Shown: positions 18,788-28,177 of the stretch, piece after piece
How positions within the stretch are numbered: the stretch's first letter is position 1
How the letters are laid out: every line of letters starts with the position of its first letter
Program-made: the position numbers and the translations under genes
Notes under the pieces: generated by a model
What the model saw: only the letters and a program-made list of their open reading frames with translations
The model's database searches: none
Told to the model about the DNA's origin: nothing
Assembly (NCBI GenBank): GCA_050298055.1
Contig: JBNKTL010000026.1
Location: forward strand, 1-64,000
Direction: 5' to 3'
DNA: 64,000 nt
Source: Spirochaetota bacterium
Lineage (GTDB): Bacteria; Spirochaetota; UBA4802; UBA5550

Positions 18788-20659
18788 ATGGCAAAGCACA
18801 AATTTCAGACAGAAGTCAACCAACTGCTTCATCTTATCATCCATTCACTCTACTCTCACAGGGAAATATTCCTCAGGGAGCTGATATCCAACGCGTCGGA
18901 CGCCCTGGACAAGCTAAAATATCTCACTCTAACCGATGATAACTACAAATCCATAGATTTTGATCCCCGGGTGGATATCTATTTTGACAGCGAAAGCAGC
19001 ATTCTCTCAATCGCCGATACAGGCATTGGTATGAGCGAACAGGAACTGGAAGAGAACCTGGGCACAATTGCGAAATCGGGAACCCGGAACTTTATCGAAA
19101 AGATGACCGGAGACGACAAAAAGGACTCCAACCTCATCGGCCAGTTCGGAATGGGTTTTTATTCATCATTCATGGTGGCTGATAAGGTAGAGGTCATATC
19201 CCGCCGGGCGGGAGAAGAGAAGGCCCATAAATGGACCAGCGACGGCAAGGGTGAGTATGATATTGAAGATGCCGTGAGGGACGCCACGGGAACAACCATC
19301 ACCCTCTTCCTCAATGACGACGGCAAAGAGTATGCGAATAAGTGGCAGATCGAATCGGTCATTAAAAAATACTCCAACCATGTTCCATTCCCCATCTTCC
19401 TTCACTACGAGGAGACCAAACATGAGGGTGAGGGGGATAAAAAAAAGGAGATCAAGGAGCCAAAAACCGACCAGATAAACCTGGCATCAGCCATCTGGAA
19501 GAGGTCCAAGAGCGAACTCAAGGATGAGGACTACAACGAGTTCTATAAGTCCATATCCCATGAAAACGCCGACCCCCTTCACCATGTCCATACCCACGCG
19601 GAGGGAGTCCTGGACTATACAACCCTTTTTTATTTCCCCGAAAAGGCCCCCATGGACCTCTACAGGGCGGATTACACCCCGGGGGTAAAGCTCTACGTCA
19701 AGCGCGTCTTCATAACTGATGACGACAAGGAGCTTTTGCCCACATATTTAAGGTTTGTCAGGGGGATAATCGACTCGGAGGACCTACCCCTCAACGTCAG
19801 CAGGGAAATATTGCAGCAGAACAGGGTCATGGCCAAGATCAGAAGTTCATCGGTGAAAAAGATACTGGGCGAACTTGAGGACTTAAAGAAAAATGACAGG
19901 GAGAAGTATAATAAATTCTACGGTGAATTCGGGGTCCCGGTGAAGGAAGGGCTCTACCAGGACTTTGAAAACAGGGAGAAGCTCCTGGGTCTGGTCATGT
20001 TCAAGTCCACCAAAGCGGATGGATATACAACACTTGATGAGTATGTGGAACGATTTGAACCGGACCAGAACGCCATCTACTACATAACCGGCGGAAAGGA
20101 GGAGGCCCTGAAGAACTCACCCCTCCTGGAGATGTACAGGAAGAAGAACATCGAGGTCCTCATCATGGACCATGAGATCGACGAGATCGTCATATCCTCC
20201 ATCCCCAAGTACAAAGACTACGACATGAAATCGGTAAACAGGACCGATTCCGCCGAAGACCTGAAGACAGAGGCCGATAAGGAGAAGGAGAAGGAGGTCA
20301 AGCCCCTTATCAAAAAGATAAAGAAGGTCCTGGGAGACAGGGTAAAGGATGTCAAGGCCAGCACACGGCTCAGCGACTCCCCCTCATGCATCGTTGCCGA
20401 TGAGAACGACCCCACGGTGCAGATGCAGCATATCCTGAAGGCCATGGGACAGGACGCCATGCAGGAATTTAAGCCGGTCCTGGAGATAAACCCGGAACAT
20501 GAGATCGTCCGGAAGCTCATGGACGCATCCGATGATTCCCTGATCTCGGATATCAGCTTTCTCCTCCTGGAGCAGGCTATGCTCATCGAAGGAGTGGAGA
20601 TAAAATCCACCGCGGATTTTGTCAAAAGGCTCAACAGGGTCATGGGGAAGGCCATTTAG
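18788..20659 (+). CDS. htpG: Chaperone HtpG (Hsp90)
   Basis: FQTEV, LRELISNASDA, IGQFGMGFYS, LPLNVSRE. Confidence 0.98.
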   Translation: MAKHKFQTEVNQLLHLIIHSLYSHREIFLRELISNASDALDKLKYLTLTDDNYKSIDFDPRVDIYFDSESSILSIADTGIGMSEQELEENLGTIAKSGTRNFIEKMTGDDKKDSNLIGQFGMGFYSSFMVADKVEVISRRAGEEKAHKWTSDGKGEYDIEDAVRDATGTTITLFLNDDGKEYANKWQIESVIKKYSNHVPFPIFLHYEETKHEGEGDKKKEIKEPKTDQINLASAIWKRSKSELKDEDYNEFYKSISHENADPLHHVHTHAEGVLDYTTLFYFPEKAPMDLYRADYTPGVKLYVKRVFITDDDKELLPTYLRFVRGIIDSEDLPLNVSREILQQNRVMAKIRSSSVKKILGELEDLKKNDREKYNKFYGEFGVPVKEGLYQDFENREKLLGLVMFKSTKADGYTTLDEYVERFEPDQNAIYYITGGKEEALKNSPLLEMYRKKNIEVLIMDHEIDEIVISSIPKYKDYDMKSVNRTDSAEDLKTEADKEKEKEVKPLIKKIKKVLGDRVKDVKASTRLSDSPSCIVADENDPTVQMQHILKAMGQDAMQEFKPVLEINPEHEIVRKLMDASDDSLISDISFLLLEQAMLIEGVEIKSTADFVKRLNRVMGKAI

Positions 20660-20696
20660 TTTCAGGTTTCAGGTTTCAAGTTCCAAGTTATAAGTT
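20659..20696 (+). repeat. Degenerate heptamer tandem GTTTCAG/GTTCCAA, 5 units
   Basis: gtttcag gtttcag gtttcaa gttccaa gttataa. Confidence 0.7.
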
Positions 20697-20905
20697 GAAA
20701 GATGGCAGGTACAATCAGGATATAGGTAACGGAATTTTTGAACCGCAGATTAACGCGGATAAACACGGGTGTTTAAGAATTTTAGAGTTTGCGAAAATTC
20801 AGGGGTTCGTGTTATTATTCATTAAACATGAAACCTTTAACTCAATAGAAAATTACGACACAGTTATATGACTAAAAACTGTCATTTTGGCAAATTGTTA
20901 GTAAT

Positions 20906-20983
20906 GGCATTCCCGCGAAAGCGGGAATCTTTTTTTTAGGGGAAAAATGGATCCCGGAAGAAGCAGGTCGCTTCGGGATGACA
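20906..20983. repeat. Palindromic repeat family C (ATTCCC-N8-GGGAAT core with a second ATCCCG..CGGGAT arm)
   Basis: attcccgcgaaagcgggaat ... ggatcccgg..cgggatgaca; second copy at 25921-26001. Confidence 0.75.
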
Positions 20984-21020
20984 GACTTATCAGTTGTCAT
21001 GATAGCTGAAAAGTTACGTC

Positions 21021-21066
21021 TCAACAATATGTTCCCGCCGCCTAAGGCGGTGGGGACATATCAGTT
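21021..21066. repeat. Palindromic repeat family B, copy 2
   Basis: atatgttcccgccgcctaaggcggtggggacatatcagtt; reverse complement matches copies 1 and 4. Confidence 0.75.
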
Positions 21067-21193
21067 CATTTTATGAATCTGGTTATTCTTAAACACTGCT
21101 GGCAAAAAAAGTCATAAATAAACCACACCCTTTTTTTTCAACATATTCTTAATTTTCAAAAAAAATATGTAACATTAATTATAAAATTTTCTC

Positions 21194-21222
21194 TTGACAG
21201 ATTTTTTTCACTGCGTTGTAAT
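21194..21222 (+). promoter_or_regulatory. Sigma70-type promoter for the porin
   Basis: TTGACA, 17 nt, TGTAAT; AAGGAG RBS downstream. Confidence 0.55.
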
Positions 21223-21264
21223 GCCAAAAAATTATTATTAAAAAAATTATAAGGAGAAAATTGT

Positions 21265-22446
21265 ATGAAGTTAAGAACTTTCTTACTGGCTCTTATTTTG
21301 GCCACAGCTTCAATCGGCTTTATCTCTCTTAATGCCCAGGCAGAAGAAGGTGACAGCCAGACAATTTACGGCGCTATAGTCTACAACGTAGCGTTTAACA
21401 GTTACTCACCAGGTGATTCTTCCGCAGACTCTGACTTTGACGCTATTGAAGATGAGATCGGAGTCAACAAGATCGGTATCAAAGGCAAGAAGGGAAATAC
21501 CTCTTACCAGTTTGAGTTCGGTTTCAGGGATGAAAACGAAAGAGCAGGCGGTTATAATGAGGCAAGCGAAGTAATGTTCCTTCGAATAGGTACTGTTGCC
21601 GTTGACGTCGGCGGGATCAACATCAAGGTTGGACAGGACTACAATCCTTACACACAACTTGGCAGCTGTCTTGTTGCATCACCAGTTTTCTCAGCTGAAA
21701 AACTGGCCGGTGGATACGACAAAAGAACACCCCAGGTGATGATTTCAATGAGCGGTATCTACCTCTCATTAATTCAGCCTGCCGGAAGAGACAGTCTCGC
21801 AGAGCAAGAACTTGCAGAGATAGAAGAATTCGGTGCACCGACAACAATTTATGTTGCTACTGTAAAGGAATCATTAGTATACGGAGGCGGGTATTTCGAT
21901 GTTACACTTCCGAAGATAGCCGTAGGTTACATGGGTAAAATTGCCGGCATAGATCTTGGTGCAGGTTTTGCATACCAGACTATGAAGATTGATGATGAAG
22001 GTGGTCCAAATGACGGAGAATCAGTTGATGCATGGGCAGCAAACCTTAAAGCATCCGGACAAATGGGCGCTATTGGCTTCAAGTTCAGCTTTATCTACTC
22101 ATCCAATCCTTTTGAGTTTGGTTTTGTAACATCTACTATCAATACTAAAAGAACAATAGATGGTACTGATCCCGTTGATACAACAGGTATGGGCGGATTC
22201 CTTGAAGTGAGCTACAACTTCGGTATGGGTACAGTCCAGGCCGGTATCGCATACCAGCAGACAAGCAACGATGGATGGTCAGACGATGACAAAGAAATGT
22301 CATACTTCGTCCAGATTCCCATCGCGCTTTCTCCTAACTTCAAAGTTGCTCCCGGACTCATGGTTCAGGATCTCATGACAGGTATTGCTGGAGAAGATGA
22401 AGATAAAAATACTTACTTCGGTCTTGCTTTCGTAGGTTCTTTCTAA
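21265..22446 (+). CDS. Outer-membrane porin (beta-barrel)
   Basis: Signal peptide ending AQA, alternating beta strands, C-terminal Phe, strong RBS and terminator. Confidence 0.8.
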   Translation: MKLRTFLLALILATASIGFISLNAQAEEGDSQTIYGAIVYNVAFNSYSPGDSSADSDFDAIEDEIGVNKIGIKGKKGNTSYQFEFGFRDENERAGGYNEASEVMFLRIGTVAVDVGGINIKVGQDYNPYTQLGSCLVASPVFSAEKLAGGYDKRTPQVMISMSGIYLSLIQPAGRDSLAEQELAEIEEFGAPTTIYVATVKESLVYGGGYFDVTLPKIAVGYMGKIAGIDLGAGFAYQTMKIDDEGGPNDGESVDAWAANLKASGQMGAIGFKFSFIYSSNPFEFGFVTSTINTKRTIDGTDPVDTTGMGGFLEVSYNFGMGTVQAGIAYQQTSNDGWSDDDKEMSYFVQIPIALSPNFKVAPGLMVQDLMTGIAGEDEDKNTYFGLAFVGSF

Positions 22447-22467
22447 GTTTCGTTTAAAGAATTTTGC

Positions 22468-22499
22468 AAAAAGGCGCGGTTTTCCGCGCCTTTTTTTTT
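22468..22499 (+). terminator. Intrinsic terminator of the porin gene
   Basis: aaaaaggcgcgg-tttt-ccgcgcc followed by a T run. Confidence 0.9.
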
Positions 22500-22561
22500 G
22501 GTTTTGGTTTTTTGTTTTTTCTTTAGTTTATGGCTCAGGTTTTGGGCCGCTGGAAATAACG

Positions 22562-22698
22562 GGGTCAGAGCAATTTAATTTTTTTGTGATGGTTTTGGGG
22601 TCAGAGCTAGTTTCATTTGATTTAGGGTCAGAGCAGGATTTTTCTTCGATCGCGGATATTAGGTCAGAGCGGATTTTTAGGAATAAAGGGGTCATAAC
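22562..22698 (+). repeat. Array of 5 copies of GGGTCAGAGC (family A) downstream of the RAYT
   Basis: Exact at 22562, 22598 and 22625; one mismatch at 22661; two mismatches at 22689. Confidence 0.9.
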
Positions 22699-22824
22699 AT
22701 TTTTTTTAACATGAAACCCAGAAAAAAATATACAGAATCACAATATTAACCGGATTATTACACATTTATAATAAAATATACTTAATACAATGAACTGAAC
22801 CTGATTCTTCTGTACATTCCTCTA

Positions 22825-22886
22825 TTATCCATCGTCATCCTGTAAATCCTGTCTAAAAAATCTTTTCCCATGTTTTCGGAAAGAGT
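22825..22886 (+). repeat. Dispersed ~60-bp repeat family D, copy 1
   Basis: ttatccatcgtcatcctgtaaatcctgtctaaaaaatcttttcccatgttttcggaaagagt; close copy at 30350-30410. Confidence 0.8.
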
Positions 22887-22987
22887 TATAAATATTATCT
22901 TTTACAACATTCTAATCTTTCCTGATAAATTATGTAATTTACTGATAAGTAGAAGAAGTACAATGATAAAAAGAGATTTTTTACTTA

Positions 22988-23587
22988 TTAAATAATTCCA
23001 TAGACAATCGAAAGCCTTTTCCTATACGCATCCTCATAATAGAGAAACTTCTGGACCCTCTCTTTAAATGAATTTCCTAACTGGAGAAAATAATCATGCA
23101 ATGTAATTTTTACCGGGGACTTATATTTTTTATCCAGATAGACATTAATACTTCCATATTTCGATTTTCTCGGATCTCTGACAATTTTTTTTCGAACAGG
23201 ATTAAATCCCAGATACCATAATAGCCAAAATAAATATTTTTTTGGATTTTTAGTATATTCAATAATCTTACTCACAAATCTTTCGCTCCAGAATGCGCCT
23301 TCTCTTTTATTTATTCTATTGTATGTTTGCGCAAATCGGGACTTTATATATTGCATTATTCTTGAAATGGCCTCTCCTCCATCTACTGTTCTTATAATAA
23401 AATGGAAATGGTTGTGGAGTATTTCATACGCTATAAGCTCAAATTTATATTTTTCCAGTGCTGATTTTAATATCTCAATCATTATGTCTTTGAAATATTC
23501 ATTTTGAATCAGATCACGGCTTTCAACGCATCTTGAACACACATGGTATGTTAAGTTTGGTTTGCATTCTCTTAATGGTCTGGGCAT
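22988..23587 (-). mobile_element. REP-associated tyrosine transposase (RAYT-like, Y1/HUH, IS200-like fold)
   Basis: MPRPLR..TYHVCSR, HUH motif NHFH, GAFWSERF, catalytic Tyr in YLGFNPVR; flanked by short repeats; no tnpB. Confidence 0.88.
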
Positions 23588-23680
23588 GTTTTTCTCCTTA
23601 TTCTTGCTTTATGTATTAATACGATTGTAAATGAAAAAAATTAAAACTTTTTGAGAAATTCAGGCATTTTTTTTGAAATT

Positions 23681-23724
23681 GGGTCAGAGCTTTTTTTTTG
23701 AGCTTAAAATAGGGTCAGAGCAAA
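23681..23724 (+). repeat. Two copies of GGGTCAGAGC (family A) upstream of the RAYT
   Basis: Copies at 23681 and 23712. Confidence 0.9.
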
Positions 23725-23788
23725 TGGGTTCTGAAAACCGGACACTCAGTTAAGCTTATTGCCGATAATAAGTTTAATGGAGTTTACA

Positions 23789-24076
23789 ATGAATACAAGA
23801 AGAAAATACGACAAGCAGTTTAAAATTGATGCAGTGAACCTGGCAAATAACACTAATAAGAGTGCATCAGATGTTGCCAGAGATCTCGGGATCCGTCCAG
23901 ATTTAGTATCCAGGTGGAAAAGAGAATTGGAGCAGGAAAATATTAAAGCATTTCCAGGTCAGGGCAATCCTCGTGATGAGGAATTAGCACGATTAAAAAG
24001 GGAAAATGCAGAACTCAAGATGGAGCGTGATATCTTAAAAAAGGCAATGGCCATTTTCTCCACACCAGAGAAATGA
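23789..24076 (+). CDS. IS3 transposase OrfA (HTH + leucine zipper)
   Basis: [39 protein letters not shown] before the ATG at 23789; A-AAA-AAG slippery site at 24037-24043. Confidence 0.93.
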   Translation: MNTRRKYDKQFKIDAVNLANNTNKSASDVARDLGIRPDLVSRWKRELEQENIKAFPGQGNPRDEELARLKRENAELKMERDILKKAMAIFSTPEK

Positions 24077-24945
24077 AATACCGGTTCATGAAAGATTATA
24101 GCGTTATTTTTCCGGTGCTGAAAATGGCCAGAATATTCAATATCTCAAAAAGCAGCTATTACGCCTGGTTGAAAAGAAAGCCAAGCGCTCATGAACAAAG
24201 AGATAAAGAATTACTGACAGAAATAAAGCGTGTTTTTAAAGAAAAACATAAACGATATGGCAGTCCTAGAATATATAAGGAACTGCATGGAACCGGCTAT
24301 TCCAGTGGCAGAGACCGAATTGCACGTCTGATGCGTGAAAATGGACTTGTAGCACATCCTAAAAAGCGTTTTAAGGTCACAACAGACTCAAAGCATGATT
24401 ATCCGATTTCACCCAATTTGTTGAATCGAGATTTCTCTGTAATGAGTATCAATGAATGCTGGGTAAGCGATATTACTTACATTGATACATTTGAAGGATG
24501 GCTTTATCTCTGTTCCATTCTTGATCTTTCTTCCAAGAGAGTTGTGGGCTGGTCAATGGCTGACCATATGCGTGCTGAACTTGCTATAAACGCTTTGGAT
24601 ATGGCTGTATTGCATCGTAATCCTCCGGAAGGAATAATCTTTCATTCTGATCGTGGGGTTCAGTATGCCTCAACGTCTTTCAGAGAGAAATTAAAATGTT
24701 ACAAGATGACTCAGAGCATGAGTCGCAAAGGGAACTGCTGGGACAATGCTCCAGCTGAAAGTTTTTTCTCAACACTAAAGATGGAAGAGGTCTATACTCG
24801 CAGAAAATATCAAACAATAAAGGAGGCAAGAAGAGCAATATTTGAGTATATTGAAATATTTTATAATAGGCAGAGAAGTCATTCTTCGCTTGACTATATG
24901 TGCCCTGTAGAATATGAAGAGTTTAGTTTGCAAAAAGTTGCTTAA
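24073..24945 (+). CDS. IS3 transposase OrfB (DDE integrase core)
   Basis: [29 protein letters not shown]. Confidence 0.96.
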   Translation: MKYRFMKDYSVIFPVLKMARIFNISKSSYYAWLKRKPSAHEQRDKELLTEIKRVFKEKHKRYGSPRIYKELHGTGYSSGRDRIARLMRENGLVAHPKKRFKVTTDSKHDYPISPNLLNRDFSVMSINECWVSDITYIDTFEGWLYLCSILDLSSKRVVGWSMADHMRAELAINALDMAVLHRNPPEGIIFHSDRGVQYASTSFREKLKCYKMTQSMSRKGNCWDNAPAESFFSTLKMEEVYTRRKYQTIKEARRAIFEYIEIFYNRQRSHSSLDYMCPVEYEEFSLQKVA

Positions 24946-24993
24946 CTGAGTGTCCGGAAAAGACGGGCAATCACACAAATTTGTTCCCATAAT

Positions 24994-25007
24994 TTTGCTC
25001 TGACCCT
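24994..25007 (-). repeat. Inverted copy of the family A motif, partner arm of 23711-23724
   Basis: tttgctctgaccct is the exact reverse complement of agggtcagagcaaa. Confidence 0.85.
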
Positions 25008-25125
25008 GAAATTACATCACAACAGCAAACCATTTTTATCTTGACTTATATCTTTTGTAACAATCATATATTCTGATATAAATACTGGAACATAACACAA
25101 ATTTTAACCGGGAAGTTAAATTATT

Positions 25126-25875
25126 ATGATTAATAATATTTTCAGACCACTAATATTAACTGCTCTTACATTCCTTCTCTCATTTAATTTATCCTGTAAA
25201 ACCTGGAACCAGAAAGACTGGGAAAATCTTAAAGACAGGAACTTTACCCTGTATAAAGTCGAAGTATTCAGCAAAGGGATAAATAAAAAAATCTCGTTTA
25301 GCTATATGAAAAAAATGCAGGTTTTTAAAATTTTACAGATAATATCAAATAAATACAATATTGAAATTGATTCCTCATTTTATGAAGATTTTTTAGCTTC
25401 AGGTGATTATGAATCGATAAAATCATCCGGCATTTTGTCTAATACGACTTTTGTATGGGAAAATCCATCAAAAGTAAATAATGAAGTTTTAATTGAATAT
25501 AAAGTAGAGGAACAGGAATTTTCCTCCGGTAACACTAAGAGCTATAAAATTTCTCTTAAATCAGGAAATGAAACAAGGGCATACTTTATAGGAGGCATCG
25601 CAAAAATTGAAGAAATGTTACCAAGTTTTGCTGGAAAGTTGGGATATGTACATGCACCGGGTAAGGGGCCAAATGTATATAATTATGAGGACACCGGCAA
25701 AGAACTGGTCCTTACAGATAAAAAACTTAAAGTTATAAAAAAAGAAAAAAACCTTGAAATGACAAAATCTGAATTACTCATAATTAATATGATAGAAAAC
25801 TATATTAAACTGCTCCCATCAAACGAAAAAAAGGCCTTCAAGAAAAAATTGATCCGGTATCTGCAAAAAAAATAG
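25126..25875 (+). CDS. Hypothetical lipoprotein
   Basis: Signal peptide with LSC lipobox; 249-aa ORF. Confidence 0.65.
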   Translation: MINNIFRPLILTALTFLLSFNLSCKTWNQKDWENLKDRNFTLYKVEVFSKGINKKISFSYMKKMQVFKILQIISNKYNIEIDSSFYEDFLASGDYESIKSSGILSNTTFVWENPSKVNNEVLIEYKVEEQEFSSGNTKSYKISLKSGNETRAYFIGGIAKIEEMLPSFAGKLGYVHAPGKGPNVYNYEDTGKELVLTDKKLKVIKKEKNLEMTKSELLIINMIENYIKLLPSNEKKAFKKKLIRYLQKK

Positions 25876-25920
25876 AATCTATTTTAACTACTCAGCTATA
25901 TCTTAACAAGTAACAAGTTT

Positions 25921-26001
25921 GTTATCCCGGCCGAAGTGAAACGTAGAGCCGGGATCCACTCTTTTCTAAAAGAATAGATTCCCGCTTCCGCGGGAATGAC
26001 A
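25921..26001. repeat. Palindromic repeat family C, copy 2
   Basis: gttatcccggc..gccgggatcc ... attcccgcttccgcgggaatgaca. Confidence 0.75.
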
Positions 26002-26190
26002 ATATCAATTTCAATTCAAAAATATAACAAGTTTAAACAAATTCCAGAGTAATTAAATTTAACTTCTAAATGACTATAAAATTAATTATGTTTCATGAAA
26101 ATCAAACTGTTGTAATTAATTTTATCTTGACGGATATTAGCCTTCTGTATTTCTATTAAATCCTTAATTTTTTAGAGCAAAAACCAGAAA

Positions 26191-26649
26191 ATGTCAGACC
26201 ATATTATTGAAATAATAAATAATAAAAAGGCTAGGTTTAACTATGAAATTCTGGATACTTTTGAGGCCGGAATTGTTCTCAAAGGAACTGAAGTGAAGTC
26301 ATTGAGACAAAAAAAGGTAAGCATCCAGGAGTCCTATGCGAAGATTATAAACGGCGAAGTTTACATAACCGGGCTTACAATATCAGCATACGAAATGGGG
26401 AACCGCTTTAACCATGAACCAGACAGGGAGAGAAAACTTCTTCTTCATAAACATGAAATAAAGAGACTTACCGGGAAACTGCAGGAGAAGGGACTCACTC
26501 TTATTCCTCTCAAAATTTATTTTAAGAATGGAAAAGCCAAGCTGCTTCTGGGACTGGGAAAGGGAAAAGCCAGCTATGATAAAAGAAAAGCCATCCGCGA
26601 CCGTGACTCAAAAAGAGACATGGAACGGGAAATGAAGAAATATGTTTAA
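26191..26649 (+). CDS. smpB: SsrA-binding protein SmpB
   Basis: NKKARFNY, EAGIVLKGTEVKSLR, RKLLLHKHEI, YDKR. Confidence 0.98.
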   Translation: MSDHIIEIINNKKARFNYEILDTFEAGIVLKGTEVKSLRQKKVSIQESYAKIINGEVYITGLTISAYEMGNRFNHEPDRERKLLLHKHEIKRLTGKLQEKGLTLIPLKIYFKNGKAKLLLGLGKGKASYDKRKAIRDRDSKRDMEREMKKYV

Positions 26650-26746
26650 GAAACTTGTTGACAATAAGAGGGTTGTTCTTAAATTTCTAAAAACTTTATA
26701 ACTAGCTGAGTAATAACTGGAAAACACATTTTTATAGGAGTTGTAT

Positions 26747-27046
26747 ATGTCAGAAGAGACAAAAGAAGAAATAACAGAAGAGACCGCTGCGGAAGAGAAA
26801 CCCAAAGCATCTGATGCAGGAGAGGAAGCTGCAGAAGAAAACGCGGAAGCAAAGCCAGAAGAAGGAAAGGAAGAGCCTTCAGCACAGTCAGTCGAAGCAA
26901 AAAAGAAAAAAATAAACAAGTTCACGCCGGAAGAGCTCGACGCCAAAATAAATGAGATAACTGAAAAAAAACTTACACAGTCTGTCTACTACAAGCACCT
27001 GATCAATAGAAAAAACGAACTGGAAGCGCTTAAACAGCAGGGATAA
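26747..27046 (+). CDS. Small hypothetical protein with acidic disordered N-terminus and basic helical C-terminus
   Basis: AGGAG RBS before the ATG at 26747; Glu/Ala-rich then KKKKINK..SVYYKHL. Confidence 0.7.
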   Translation: MSEETKEEITEETAAEEKPKASDAGEEAAEENAEAKPEEGKEEPSAQSVEAKKKKINKFTPEELDAKINEITEKKLTQSVYYKHLINRKNELEALKQQG

Positions 27047-27057
27047 ATTATATATAA

Positions 27058-27077
27058 GCGCGGTTATCAAACCGCGC
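27058..27077. terminator. Hairpin between convergent genes
   Basis: gcgcggtt-atca-aaccgcgc. Confidence 0.55.
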
Positions 27078-27080
27078 CAG

Positions 27081-28010
27081 TTATGCTTTTAAGATCAGGT
27101 ACTCATACCTGTAGAGATCATGAATAAAATGCTGAATAATTTCGGTTTTATCCCCTGCGATACTCGATCTTAAAAGAGTGATCAGTTCATCTGTTAACTC
27201 CGGTTGGATGATATCCGCGAAACTGCCTCTCTCAATCCTGTAATGAAATTTTTCTGCTACTGCAATAAGATCAGAAAACTTTATTGTATATTCATCATGT
27301 CCTTTGAGCATAATCCTTTCCGGATTTTCTGTTCGCGTAATGCCGAGAATTTCTTCAAGTTCTCCAGGAACCTCAGGTTCACAGCTGTGTTCCCCCAGAT
27401 ATATAAGCTCAATACCCGCACTACAGAGTTTTTCCACAGCCTTAATCGCCCCAGTGTTGAGAGAAATCTCCCTCTCCATATCTCTTTTCAGTTTATACTT
27501 CTCAATAAAATTTATTACTCTCTCCCTGGTCTTCCTGTTAACATCATTACCTGCATTATCCTCGGAAAGCCCTGCCACTGTCTCAAAATCACCCATATTT
27601 TCATTTAAAATGACAGTATCAAAACCGGAGAGGAAATCGCTATCCGTTTCAAAAAAATCTTTTTCAACAAAATCTACATCAAAATCCCAAAGGGTTTCTT
27701 TCTGTTTTCGTATAAGATAAGAAGATATATCAAGCATTACTGCTTCTGCAGAAGGATATCTCATGAGAAGATCTCTCATGATGTATCCATAACCTCCTCC
27801 CACCTCCAGGGCCCGCCTGATTGAATGCTGGATGTAATTTTTTTCAATATGATCAAAAAGCAGAGTTCCGAAAGTACTTTTCTTTTTAAGAATATTCTGG
27901 ACAATGGAATCACTCTGTTCCAACATGTTGCAGACTGTCACTTCCCATCCGAGAGAATCTATCTCACTTTTATGATATTCCCTTGTGTCATTTATGACTG
28001 GCTTTTTCAT
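27081..28010 (-). CDS. Class I SAM-dependent methyltransferase
   Basis: ALEVGGGYG motif I, MLDIS motif II, ILNENMGDF; likely start MKKPV at 28010. Confidence 0.8.
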   Translation of the reverse strand: MKKPVINDTREYHKSEIDSLGWEVTVCNMLEQSDSIVQNILKKKSTFGTLLFDHIEKNYIQHSIRRALEVGGGYGYIMRDLLMRYPSAEAVMLDISSYLIRKQKETLWDFDVDFVEKDFFETDSDFLSGFDTVILNENMGDFETVAGLSEDNAGNDVNRKTRERVINFIEKYKLKRDMEREISLNTGAIKAVEKLCSAGIELIYLGEHSCEPEVPGELEEILGITRTENPERIMLKGHDEYTIKFSDLIAVAEKFHYRIERGSFADIIQPELTDELITLLRSSIAGDKTEIIQHFIHDLYRYEYLILKA

Positions 28011-28177
28011 TTTGTTTAAGTAACTATACAGTAAAGAAAGAGAAATACTCGTTTTTTCCTGAAATAAAATATCTGCCACAGAGGCACTGAGACACAGAGG
28101 TTAAGAAATTTTTAATTTTTTTAAATAATCTTTTGGAAAAAATGCAAATCAAGTTTATAAATTAAAACTGAATATAT

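Larger units (their letters stand above)
23725..24975 (+). mobile_element. IS3-family insertion sequence, about 1.25 kb
   Basis: Inverted repeat core ccggacactcagttaagc / gcttaactgagtgtccgg; TG...CA ends; CAAA on both flanks (23721-23724, 24976-24979); outer ends asymmetric, so boundaries are approximate. Confidence 0.9.

Noticed and set aside
22988..23587. IS200/IS605 element with TnpB or omega-RNA
   Set aside because: No tnpB/iscB ORF and no subterminal IS200-type hairpins; the protein motifs and flanking repeats fit a RAYT better.
26000..27080. tmRNA (ssrA) beside smpB
   Set aside because: No tRNA-like GGGG...CCA ends or tag reading frame seen.
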